Shown: in pieces, positions 7,977-17,000 of the stretch
Layout of the letters: the number at the start of each line of letters is the position of its first letter
Numbering within the stretch: the stretch's first letter is position 1
Assembly (NCBI GenBank): GCA_045638125.1
Contig: JAZUAS010000046.1
Coordinates: forward strand, 1-58,113
DNA: 58,113 nucleotides
Origin: Eubacteriales bacterium
GTDB lineage: Bacteria; Bacillota; Clostridia; Oscillospirales; CAG-272
Direction: 5' to 3'
Translations under genes and position numbers: made by a program
Notes under the pieces: model-generated
The model's input: only the letters and a program-made list of their open reading frames with translations
What the model was told of the DNA's origin: nothing
Database searches by the model: none

Positions 7977-8008
7977 AAAAGCAACATAACGAGAGTTATG
8001 TTGCTTTT
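7977..8008. repeat. Palindromic hairpin sharing a 19-nt core with the inverton repeats; bidirectional terminator-like
   Basis: AAAA-GCAACATAAC-GAGA-GTTATGTTGC-TTTT. Positions 7983-8001 are identical to 8016-8034. Confidence 0.6.
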
Positions 8009-8012
8009 AAAC

Positions 8013-8038
8013 AATAACATAACGAGAGTTATGTGATA
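8013..8038. repeat. Inverted repeat, left arm (IR-L) of candidate invertible element
   Basis: AATAACATAACGAGAGTTATGTGATA is the exact reverse complement of 8253-8278. It contains an internal 7-bp dyad ACATAAC/GTTATGT around the asymmetric spacer GAGA. Confidence 0.9.
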
Positions 8039-8094
8039 AACGGTGAAGTTTATTTTTCAAATCACTAAAATTAAAGGAAAAACAACAACACGGC

Positions 8095-8143
8095 AAAAAG
8101 CCTTTCGTCAATTTTTTAGAAAAATTATACGAAAGGCGTTTTT
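8095..8143. terminator. Terminator-like hairpin inside the invertible segment (insulator upstream of the promoter)
   Basis: AAAAA-GCCTTTCGT (8100-8108), 20-nt loop, ACGAAAGGC (8129-8137), GTTTTT. It has an A-run on one side and a T-run on the other. The large loop lowers confidence. Confidence 0.4.
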
Positions 8144-8189
8144 GGCGCGCAATAATTTATGTAATATGTTATGAAATTTTCGGAAAGAC

Positions 8190-8218
8190 TTGATTTTTTA
8201 ATTCGTTTATGGTATAAT
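8190..8218 (+). promoter_or_regulatory. Near-consensus sigma-70 promoter with extended -10 inside the invertible segment
   Basis: TTGATT (8190-8195), 17-nt spacer, TGg-TATAAT (8210-8218). In the assembled orientation it points into the 3' end of the recombinase gene (antisense). Confidence 0.65.
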
Positions 8219-8252
8219 TGATCTCACATCTTGATAAATATCAAATGACTAA

Positions 8253-8278
8253 TATCACATAACTCTCGTTATGTTATT
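8253..8278. repeat. Inverted repeat, right arm (IR-R) of candidate invertible element
   Basis: TATCACATAACTCTCGTTATGTTATT is the exact reverse complement of 8013-8038. Its spacer reads TCTC. Confidence 0.9.
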
Positions 8279-8313
8279 TTCATTCTCGGTGTATTCGCAT
8301 CGGGATTTTTTGT

Positions 8314-9156
8314 TTATATAATCAAACGCATGTGCTCCATTTTGCGCTTATGTTCCGCGCCAGTTGTAACAATATAAATACGCGTTGTGTTGATATTTGA
8401 ATGTCCGAGAATATCCGCAAGCTTGGCAATGTCCTTTTCAATTCCGTAAAAGGTGCGAGCAAACAGATGGCGCAGATTGTGAGGAAACACCTTACTCGAT
8501 GCAACCTGCGCCTGCTCACACAAGGATTTCATATCCTTCCATACATTGTTACGACTAATGGGTTTGCCATTTTTTGTAATAAATATCGCCCCTGAGGCTA
8601 TTTTCTGCTCCTTTACATAACGGAGTAGTTTTTTCTTTAGATTGGCAACAATAAAGATCTTTCGATTTTTGCCCTTGCATTTAACGACTGCCTCCCCCCT
8701 ACTTAGCGCTTCCACTGTTATATATTGGAGTTCACTCACGCGAATACCCGTTCCGCAGATCGTCTGAATGATAAGATTAAGCCGTTGATTGTGATTTTTG
8801 TTCGCTGCTTCAAGCAGACGGATATATTCTTCTCGCGTCAATTCCTTTTCTTCGGAGCAGTAAGCTTGCCTTTGTATGCGGAACTGCTTCACGCACAGAT
8901 CATGCCAACCGCAGAAACGCAGAAATGCGTTCAGTGCGGCAATCATAGAATTTGCACTGGTCACAGCGTAGGAATTTCCCAATTTTTGCTTATACTCCAT
9001 CACACTTTGTTTACAGACTTCATCCGTGCTGATAAAATTTGCAAAGCATCTTACGTCACGCATATATTTTTCAACCGTTGCTTGGCTCCGTTCTTCTTCT
9101 CTTAAATGAATTTCAAATTCTTGCATTTTGGAAAGATCTATAATCCTTTTATTCAT
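8314..9156 (-). CDS. Tyrosine site-specific recombinase (XerC/D / phage-integrase family), candidate invertase
   Basis: 280 aa. It has an N-terminal SAM-like core-binding domain (ATVEKYMRDVRCFANF) and a catalytic domain with GIRVSEL (Arg I), HNLRH (H-x-x-R) and LGHSNINTTRIY (His/Trp position and Tyr nucleophile). Confidence 0.85.
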   Translation of the reverse strand: MNKRIIDLSKMQEFEIHLREEERSQATVEKYMRDVRCFANFISTDEVCKQSVMEYKQKLGNSYAVTSANSMIAALNAFLRFCGWHDLCVKQFRIQRQAYCSEEKELTREEYIRLLEAANKNHNQRLNLIIQTICGTGIRVSELQYITVEALSRGEAVVKCKGKNRKIFIVANLKKKLLRYVKEQKIASGAIFITKNGKPISRNNVWKDMKSLCEQAQVASSKVFPHNLRHLFARTFYGIEKDIAKLADILGHSNINTTRIYIVTTGAEHKRKMEHMRLII

Positions 9157-9316
9157 AAAACACGCTCCTTATATTGGTTTTTGCTTTTATTATTTTACCA
9201 AATCTTTGCTAATAATACTTTAAAATTTTAACAAATATGGTCGTTAATCTGGAATTTTAAGAGAGATCGGATCATAGACGGAATAATATAGCAATAGCAC
9301 TTTTTTAGACAAGAAA

Positions 9317-9345
9317 TATCCCCTTGAAGCCAAGCCTCAAGGGGA
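9317..9345 (-). terminator. Terminator hairpin after giant lipoprotein gene 1
   Basis: ATCCCCTTGAAG...CTCAAGGGGAT, 10 nt past the stop. The same hairpin sequence follows the paralog (13996-14025). Confidence 0.6.
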
Positions 9346-9354
9346 TCAAATTAT

Positions 9355-12300
9355 TTATTCAGCTGTAATTGCGTCGCCCGTTTTGGGGTCGATCAACGTT
9401 GACTCTGTACGTCCTGTGGAAAGAGTAACCTTGCTCATATCGCTCTCAAGCTCGTAAATATCATCGAGATTATTGGAGAATCCGATGTAAGCGATGTCGA
9501 AATAGACGTCTTCATCGCACGCAAAGTTGAAGAAGTCAAAGCGGAAATATTTCGCCACATATACTCCATCCTCGTTCTTTGCGTAGGTGTCAAGCCCTCT
9601 CGCCTCAAGATCGATAATAAGTATCTGCCATTCGCCGTCGGCAATTACCTGAGTGCCTGCGCCCTCGCAGTTATAGCAGTTTGCGGAATTGCTCGCCGCG
9701 CCGCCGTCGGTATTAAGGTAGAACTGCCAATAGTAGAACATCTTGGGTATGTCAGCGGGAATACGATATTTCAAAACGAGATATCTGCCTGTTTCCTTGA
9801 AATTGTTACGGAAAAGCTCGATTCTTGTTTCTTCCTCCACAGAACCTGCCAAGCGGATGTAATCGCGCTCCTCGGAGAGGGTTACCGAGCCGAAGTGTAC
9901 CTTGCCACGTCCTATCATATCGTCAAGCTCTGCGGCGTCCATGTGGAAATTAAGCTCCTCGTTGTTGAGAGTGCTTCTGTACTCAAAGTGATAAGATTTT
10001 TCAAAGAGTGCAACGGTATTGAGGTCTTTGTTGTATTCGAGAATATCGTCGAGGGAATCGTGGTAACCGATGTAAGAAACGTCAATGTAAGCGTTGGGAT
10101 TGCCTGACTCGTTGAATACGTCGAAGCGGAGATATTTAGCGTAATAGTTTCCGTCCTCGCTCTTCTTGAAGCTATCGGTCTTGCCGTATGCCTCGAGGTC
10201 TATAACGATGGTGTGCCACTGTCCGTCCGAAAGAACGGCTGCATCTGCGATATAATCCTGACCAACTATGAGAATGTTGCCGTCAGCATCGTAAACCGTG
10301 TTTTCGGTGGAGGTGTAGAACTGCCAGTAGGTTATCATGGAGTCGAGACCCTGAGGAACGCGGAACTTAAACACAAAATATCTGCCTGCAAGAATACCTT
10401 CCTCGTCCTCGAACACGACCATGGTTGACTCCGCGTTCGTTCCGTTTCTGTTAACACGAACGAAGTTTACACCGTCCTCGGACATAATCGAGTATTCTCC
10501 GAATCTGCTTGCCGCGTATGTAAAGGAGGCGTTGAGATCCTGGGGATCAAACCAAGCGTTAAAGGGATCGGGCTCTTCTATTATCTCGGGCCAGCCCTCA
10601 AAATCCTCAGCCGCGGTCACGCGGAACTTTCTCGGGGCACCGTTATCCATTGTTGTGATGAATGAGTAAGAGAATGTGCCGTCGCCGTCGTAGTAGACAC
10701 CGTATCCGTCGTACTGATGGCCGTATCCGAAGTTATCGGGAGTGCTGAGGGAAGAGATGTCTACAAGCTTCCATTCGCCGTCAACGTATTCTTCGATAAC
10801 GGGTGCAGTCAGCTTTTCAAAGCCATAAATTCTAACAGCTACGTTGTTGTGACCGCCCGAAAGAGTAAATTCTGCACTCTTGCCGTTGGTAGTCTTGACC
10901 TTGGGGAGGAATACGCTATCCATGATCGTGCAATCCTTATCAGCGGTTGCCTTCAAGGGATCAAGCAGGGTGTTTTCTCTGACTCTGCGAACGTTTTTGT
11001 CGGGCTCTACCTCATCGTATTCCTCGTAGCACTGCCACGGCATGATGATCGCGTTGATTGTGAAAGTGTCGCCTTTCTTAAGCTCTACCGCATCAAGGTC
11101 AAGGGAGAGAGAAAGCTCGGCAAAGTTGTTGATGAGGAGGAAAGAGGGATTGATCTTGTCGCCGCCGATCGTGAACTCGGCATTGTAGATCATAAAGGAG
11201 AGATTGTTATATCCTCTTGCCGCATCTCCGCAGTTTTCCATATCAAAGAAAGAGAAGTAGGGGCATTCGTCACCGAGAACGTATTCAAAGCTCTGGTCAC
11301 GGTCGGCTGCCTTTACAACCTTGGACTCGTTGTTAGTGTCAAGATAGCCAACCTTGGTGTAGAGTCCGCTGTAGTCAAGAGATTTTACCGAGTAGAAGGA
11401 GAAATCGTGTCCGAAATCGGTGAAGCTGATGTCTTCAAGAACCTCATACTTCATTTCGTAGTATGCACGGTTTTCATCGGTCTGTGGGAACTCCATATGA
11501 TTGTACGAAACCTTGATCTTACCGTCGTCGGAGATGAAATCCATGGTAACGTCGGCATAGATAGGACCGTAAGAGCCAATCCTATCGAGGATGTTCTCGG
11601 TTGCCGAATAGTTTCCGTCAGCATCGGTGTACTGCAAGAAGGAGTGAACGCCTGCGTAGGTACGCTGACAAACGTTAAACTGAACGGGACCCGACATAGG
11701 ACGGTGATCGGGGAGCATATTGAGTGTCTCGCCAAATCTGCAGAAATAGTAGGGAATAATACAGTTACTCTCGTGAACTCCGGTTGAAAGATGGTAGTAA
11801 GGAGCGTAATACTGGATCCAGGAGATCTGCTTCAAGGGATATTTACCCCAGTTGTAGTAAAGATTGAGTATGGAGTAGGTGTTGTCGGTGTCAGAGTTGA
11901 CTATCATAGGAAGGATAGTTTCGCTATACGGAGCGTCACCCTCATAGAACATGGGAGAGTCGCCGCCCTCACCGTAGTTCTTGCCGACTTCAATAGGTAT
12001 AGGGAGCATCATCTGATTTCCGTCAAGAAGCGCGGCGGTTTCAAGCGCGCCACCGCCTGTATAACTGGTCAGAATGTATATCTTGCGGTCGTTTGCGCCG
12101 TCACCCTTAATGTTCAAGGTGATGCTGAAATGTCTGTTAGGATAGAACAAATACGGACGAGAAAATCCTGCGTCGCCGTCGATGCTAAAGGTATAGCAGC
12201 CTCGGAGAGCATTGTAGCCTATGAACCCTCCACCGGGAGATGTCTTGGTATCAATAATGAAGTTTTCTTCACCGAGAGGATTGACCTCAAGCTCTGCCTC

Positions 12301-13797
12301 GACTATAAAGCGATCAAAGGTGTGGTAACGGTCGGTGTAGATTCGGTGACCCATATAGAAGTCGTTTGCGTTATTGGTGCCCTTGGGAGAGGTGCGGAGA
12401 GTCTGACCGTCGGGAGCCTTGGACTGTTCTATCTTATAGACACCGTCTTCAAGGGTTACGCGGATCGTTCCGCTCAAGCCGTCGTAGGGAAGAATGTAAC
12501 CGTAGATACCTACGCCCTTGATGTCAAATCCGACGTACTGAACGGTGTTCCAAGCAATACCCTTAAGGTCGTAGTGCAGACCGTTTCTATCCTTTATAAC
12601 GAAGCCACCTACACGGCTTTCTGGAATTTCGGTGATCATACCCACTGCCTGAACGTTTTCAACGTCGCGGAGTGTGGTTACTTGTAGAGTTTGATGAAGC
12701 TTGTCGGAGTATGTGTTGAACATACGGTTGAGGTAAACTTCCTTAGTGGGGGTAGCGTTAAGGTCTGCTTTAAGCACGCGGAGATCCTTGATAGCAAAGG
12801 TAGCGTCGATAGCGCCCTGCATAGGCAGAAAGTCAAAACGAAGTCCCGTTACTTGTCCAAAGTATCCGCTAATTTGGTAAAGCGGTATGTAATATGTATG
12901 GAATTCTCCGTCGGGGATTATTTCAACACCTAACGACTGAGCACTTGAAAAACCGGTGTTAGCTCCTGCCGTGATATATACGACAAAGCTTGAGGAGAAG
13001 TTTGAGTCGGCTTTCATGGTGAGCGATAGAACGTTATACTCGGATGCCGAGAAATTGACTTTCTTATAGGATATCCAGGGGTCTTGGTTGTTGGTGGCTT
13101 TGATAGCAATAGCGCCGTCCTCAACTCCGATATATTCAGTCATGTTGTATCTGAGGATGTTGTTTGCACCGAAGTTGAGCTTTTTACCCTTTTCGTCTTC
13201 AAATACGTAACCGTTACCGAAGTTTAAGCCCTCGATGCGGTTTTCGTAAAAGTAGTAGCCCATACGGAAGATATTTGCGATGCCGTCCGCTTGGGAATCA
13301 GACGCATAGTAGGTAGTGCCATCGGTCATACGGACGAAAACGTCCATAGTATTTTCTATGTAGTTGGCACCTGCCTTGTTGTCGATCGAGGTGATCAGCT
13401 TGGTGTTTTGAAGATCGCATGTCACGCCAACGTTCTTGTTTTCAAAGAAATAAGAGGATCTTGTGGGATCAGTAAAGTATGCGTTGACTCCGTTTGCGAT
13501 GCGGTCTGCATACTCGATATACTCGGCATTTTCGCCCTCGAGGAGGGAAGGATAGGTCTCCTCAACGTATCCGTCGTCGGGATCAGAGGTGCTTTCCTCG
13601 GACTCGTCGCCGCTTTCTGTGCTTGAAGACTCTTGATTATTGGAAGATTCTTCGTTGCCTGACGAACTTCCGCTCTCGGATGAGCTTTCGGTCTCTGTCT
13701 CGGAGTCGCCGAAAAGCCACGCGCAGGACGAAAGAACACTCGCGAACATTATCAAAGCGATAAGTAGTGATAAGATTCGTATGCATTTGATTTTCAT
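9355..13797 (-). CDS. Giant surface lipoprotein, unrecognised family (paralog 1), with two C-terminal ~150-aa repeat modules
   Basis: 1480 aa. The signal peptide has a lipobox-like LSSC (MKIKCIRILSLLIALIMFASVLSSC), followed by an S/E/D-rich linker, then a large conserved body. It ends with two modules of pattern GRYLV(L/F)K(Y/F)R(I/V)P..YWQFY...DG(E/Q)W..(L/I)(I/V)IDLEA......Y(V/Y)AKY(F/L)RFD(F/V)FN. Confidence 0.75.
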   Translation of the reverse strand: MKIKCIRILSLLIALIMFASVLSSCAWLFGDSETETESSSESGSSSGNEESSNNQESSSTESGDESEESTSDPDDGYVEETYPSLLEGENAEYIEYADRIANGVNAYFTDPTRSSYFFENKNVGVTCDLQNTKLITSIDNKAGANYIENTMDVFVRMTDGTTYYASDSQADGIANIFRMGYYFYENRIEGLNFGNGYVFEDEKGKKLNFGANNILRYNMTEYIGVEDGAIAIKATNNQDPWISYKKVNFSASEYNVLSLTMKADSNFSSSFVVYITAGANTGFSSAQSLGVEIIPDGEFHTYYIPLYQISGYFGQVTGLRFDFLPMQGAIDATFAIKDLRVLKADLNATPTKEVYLNRMFNTYSDKLHQTLQVTTLRDVENVQAVGMITEIPESRVGGFVIKDRNGLHYDLKGIAWNTVQYVGFDIKGVGIYGYILPYDGLSGTIRVTLEDGVYKIEQSKAPDGQTLRTSPKGTNNANDFYMGHRIYTDRYHTFDRFIVEAELEVNPLGEENFIIDTKTSPGGGFIGYNALRGCYTFSIDGDAGFSRPYLFYPNRHFSITLNIKGDGANDRKIYILTSYTGGGALETAALLDGNQMMLPIPIEVGKNYGEGGDSPMFYEGDAPYSETILPMIVNSDTDNTYSILNLYYNWGKYPLKQISWIQYYAPYYHLSTGVHESNCIIPYYFCRFGETLNMLPDHRPMSGPVQFNVCQRTYAGVHSFLQYTDADGNYSATENILDRIGSYGPIYADVTMDFISDDGKIKVSYNHMEFPQTDENRAYYEMKYEVLEDISFTDFGHDFSFYSVKSLDYSGLYTKVGYLDTNNESKVVKAADRDQSFEYVLGDECPYFSFFDMENCGDAARGYNNLSFMIYNAEFTIGGDKINPSFLLINNFAELSLSLDLDAVELKKGDTFTINAIIMPWQCYEEYDEVEPDKNVRRVRENTLLDPLKATADKDCTIMDSVFLPKVKTTNGKSAEFTLSGGHNNVAVRIYGFEKLTAPVIEEYVDGEWKLVDISSLSTPDNFGYGHQYDGYGVYYDGDGTFSYSFITTMDNGAPRKFRVTAAEDFEGWPEIIEEPDPFNAWFDPQDLNASFTYAASRFGEYSIMSEDGVNFVRVNRNGTNAESTMVVFEDEEGILAGRYFVFKFRVPQGLDSMITYWQFYTSTENTVYDADGNILIVGQDYIADAAVLSDGQWHTIVIDLEAYGKTDSFKKSEDGNYYAKYLRFDVFNESGNPNAYIDVSYIGYHDSLDDILEYNKDLNTVALFEKSYHFEYRSTLNNEELNFHMDAAELDDMIGRGKVHFGSVTLSEERDYIRLAGSVEEETRIELFRNNFKETGRYLVLKYRIPADIPKMFYYWQFYLNTDGGAASNSANCYNCEGAGTQVIADGEWQILIIDLEARGLDTYAKNEDGVYVAKYFRFDFFNFACDEDVYFDIAYIGFSNNLDDIYELESDMSKVTLSTGRTESTLIDPKTGDAITAE

Positions 13798-13840
13798 AAA
13801 ATTCAGATCCTTTCAAAAAATTGATATTCTAACCAGTCAA

Positions 13841-13869
13841 TTATATCATATTTTCAAAAACAAGTCAAC
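13841..13869 (-). promoter_or_regulatory. Promoter of giant lipoprotein gene 1
   Basis: On the minus strand: TTGACT (13869-13864), 17-nt spacer, TATAAT (13846-13841). Confidence 0.6.
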
Positions 13870-13873
13870 AACA

Positions 13874-13904
13874 TGTCCGAAAGATATAAAAAGATGTCCG
13901 AATT
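13874..13904. promoter_or_regulatory. Tandem direct repeats abutting the -35 (candidate AraC-type activator site)
   Basis: Plus-strand ATGTCCGAAA (13874-13883) and ATGTCCGAAT (13895-13904), 21 bp apart and 4 nt from the -35. The same arrangement occurs upstream of the paralog. Confidence 0.45.
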
Positions 13905-13995
13905 TCATATAAGATTTTCAGCTTGTTGGCATTTGTCTCCCGTTCGTTGGATTTTGCGGCGGTTGCTTATTTTGCCCCATTTTGAAATAAAACGA

Positions 13996-14025
13996 GATCC
14001 CCTTGAAGAAATCCTCAAGGGGATC
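13996..14025 (-). terminator. Terminator hairpin after giant lipoprotein gene 2
   Basis: GATCCCCTTGAAG-AAAT-CCTCAAGGGGATC, with a T-rich tract following on the minus strand. Confidence 0.6.
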
Positions 14026-14048
14026 AAATTTTTATTCGATAGAACTAT

Positions 14049-17000
14049 TTATTCAGCCGTGATCTCATTACCCGTTTTGGGGTCGATCTTGGTGGATTCC
14101 TTTTGCGCTGAGGAAAGGGTAACGTAGCTCATATCTGCTTCGTACTCGTAAATATCCTCAAGACTGTTGCCAAACGCTATATACGCTACGTCGTAGGAGA
14201 CGTCCGCGCTAAATTGAGAGTTGAAGAAATCAAATCTGAAAAATTTTGCTATGTACCTTTCGTCGTCGTTCTTGACGTAGGTGTCAAGTCCTCTCGCTTC
14301 AAGGTCAACGATAAGTACCTGCCATTCGCCGTCGGCAATTACATGAGTGCCGTATCCCTCGCAGGAATAAGCGTTTGAGCTGCCTGCCGCGCCGCCGTCG
14401 GTGTTAAGGTAGAACTGCCAGTAACCGAAGGGAGGTTGATCCGCCTTGGGAATACGGTATTTCAGCACGAGATAGCGTCCGGTTTCACGGAGAGCGTTCT
14501 TGAAAAATTCTACGGTCGCTTCGTTGCCTGTGCATCCTGAAAGGGTGATGTAATCACCGTTTTCTGAAAGGGTAACAGAATGGAATTTTGACTTGCTGGG
14601 AGTGATCGCTGTGTTAAGCTTTTCTGCGTCATAAACGCAATTAAAAACAGGATTGGGTGTGTTGTCGCCATCGGTCGTATCATCACCATCGGTAGTGTTG
14701 TCACCACCGGTAGTATCATCACCGCCGGTAGTATTGTCGCCACCGGTAGTATCGTCACCGCCGGTTGTATCACCAACTATCTCACTACCCGTTTTGGGAT
14801 CGATCTTAGTAGATTCCTTCTGCGCCGTGGAGAGAGTAACGTAGCTCATATCTGCTTCGTATTCGTAAATATCCTTGATATCGTTGGAGAAACCGATATA
14901 GGCTATATCGTAGCTGACCTCCGCGCCAAATTGAGAGTTGAAGAAGTCGAAGCGGAAATATTTCGCGACGTATTTACCGTCTTCGTTCTTGGCGTAGGTG
15001 CTGAGCCCTCTCGCCTCAAGGTCAACGATAAGCACCTGCCATTCGCCGTCGGCAATTACCTGAGTACCGACTCCCTCACAGCTATAGGCGTTCTCTCCCG
15101 AAGCCTTGCCGCCGTCAGTATTAAGGTAGAACTGCCAATAGCCAAGCTTTCCGGGGTTATCTTCGGGGATACGGTATTTCAGAATGAGATAGCGTCCCGT
15201 TTCCTTGGTATTATTATGTAAAAGCTCAACGATAGCCTCGCTGCCCACAGAGCCTGCGAAAGTGATGTAATTACGGTCGCCGGAGAGGGTTACCGAATGG
15301 AATCTGCCCTTGTAGTAATCAACTATAGCATCAAGCTCGCCGGCATCAAAGTGAAGATTCAGCGCCTCGTTGTTCTTGGTGCTTACGTGATTGAGGGTAT
15401 TGTTTGTAAAGAGCGCAACGGTAGGCATATCCGTCTTGTTGTATTCAAGAATCTCGTCAAGAGAATCGTGCATGCCTACGTATGCAACATCGATTATCGC
15501 GTCAGTTGCGTATTCCGGATTGAATACGTCAAAACGGAGATATTTGATATAATAGTTGCCGTCCTCGTCCTGCTTGTAGCATTCGGTTCTGTTTGCGTAG
15601 GATGCGAGGTCGATGACAATAACGTGCCAGTCTCCGTCCGAGAGGTTGGGAGCCGAGGCATTGAAGTCCTGACCGACTATAAGAATGTTGCCGTCAGCGT
15701 CATACATCGTGTTTTCGGTGGAGGTGTAGAACTGCCATGTGCCGATCTTTGCGGCTGAGCCCTGAGGAACTCTGAACTTGTAGACCAAATATCTTCCTGC
15801 CAAAGCGCCCTCTGCGTCCTCAAACAGGGCGAGAGTCGCCTCGGTGTTCTTGCCGTTACGGTTGACACGGATGAAGTTTATTCCGTTCTCGGACATCATA
15901 GAGAACTCGCCGAATCTTGCCGCCGATACGGTGAATTTTGCATTCAGATCCTGAGGATCCATCCAGAAATTCATAGGATCGGGTTCTTTGATGATTTCGG
16001 GCCAGCCCTCAAAATCCTCGGCTGCACTCACGCGGAATTTTCTATCAGCACCGTTGTCCATTGTTGTAATAAATGAGTAGGAGTATGTTCCGTCGCTGTC
16101 GTAGTAGACGCCGTAGCCGTCGTACTGATAGCCGTAGCCGAATGCGTCGGGAGTGCTGAGCGACGAGAGGTCAACAAGCTTCCATTCGCCGTCAACGTAT
16201 TCTTCAACGACGGGAACGGTTAACTTCTCAAAACCGTAAATTCTGACTGCCACGTTGTTGTGACCGCCCGAAAGGGTGAACTCTGCGCTTTTGCCGTTAG
16301 TGGTCTTTACCTTGGGCAAAAAGACGCTCTCGATGATCTCGCAGTCCTTGTCTGCAGTTGCCTTCAAGGGGTCAAGCAGAGTGTTTTCACGAACTCTGCG
16401 AACGTTCTTGTCGGGTTCTGCCACGTCGTACTCGTCGTAGTACTGCCAAGGCATGATGATCGCGTTGATGGTGAAGGTGTCGCCCTTCTTCAGCTCTACC
16501 GCCTCAAGATCGAGGGAGAGAGAAAGCTCGGCGAAGTTGTTAACAAGCAGGAAAGAGGGAGTGACCTTTTCGCCGCCCATTGTAAACTCGGCATTATAGA
16601 TCAAGAAGGAAAGGTTGTTGTAGCCTCTTGCCGTGTCGCCGCAGTTTGTCATATCGAAGAAGGAGAAGTAGGGGCAATTATTGCCGAGAACGTATTCGAA
16701 GCTCTCGCCACGTCCCGCCGCGGTGGCAACCTGCGACGCATTGTTTGTATCAAGGTAACCGACCTTTGAGTACAGACCGCTGGGGTCGAGTGATTTTACC
16801 GAATAGAAGGAGAAATCACGTCCGAAATCGGCGAAGCTGATGTCCTCAAGAACCTCATACTTCATTTCGTAGTAAGCGCGGTTCTCGTCGGTCTGGGGGA
16901 ACTCCATATGATTGTAGGAAACCTTTATTTTACCGTCATCGGATATGAAATCCATAGTAACGTCAGCGTAGATAGGACCGTAAGAGCCTATGGTGTCGAG

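Larger units (their letters stand above)
8013..8278. promoter_or_regulatory. Candidate invertible promoter element (inverton): 26-bp perfect IRs flanking a 214-bp non-coding segment with a terminator-like hairpin and a consensus promoter
   Basis: The IRs were verified base by base. There is no ORF inside. The promoter is at 8190-8218. A tyrosine recombinase gene ends 36 bp away, and the minus-strand operon on the other side has no obvious promoter of its own. Confidence 0.6.

Noticed and set aside
8124-8152. Second, minus-strand promoter candidate (TTGCGC-17-TATAAT) inside the invertible segment, which would make the present orientation the ON state
   Set aside because: It is not listed as a feature. 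The -35 is weak and the -10 sits inside the loop of the 8100-8137 hairpin. It is kept only as a caveat on the ON/OFF assignment.
2611-9350. tRNA-Leu to recombinase interval considered as an integrated genomic island or prophage remnant using the tyrosine recombinase as integrase
   Set aside because: The duplicated tRNA fragment is the 5' part and lies only 22 nt from the intact gene. I saw no second att-like copy of tRNA sequence near 9157-9354. There are no phage, conjugation or excisionase genes. The recombinase is better explained by the adjacent perfect inverted repeats.
10717-12687. Plus-strand ORFs 10717-11787 and 11791-12687 (and analogous ones at 16260-18344) inside the giant genes
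   Set aside because: They are antisense to continuous 4.4-kb and 5.2-kb minus-strand frames that are conserved between the two paralogs. They have no RBS, and their sequence conservation follows the minus-strand codon phase.
14655-14775. Regular 18-nt tandem repeats, considered as a possible CRISPR-like or regulatory repeat array
   Set aside because: There are no unique spacers. The units are contiguous, in frame and inside a long CDS, where they encode a TTGGD(D/N) linker. No cas genes are in the window.
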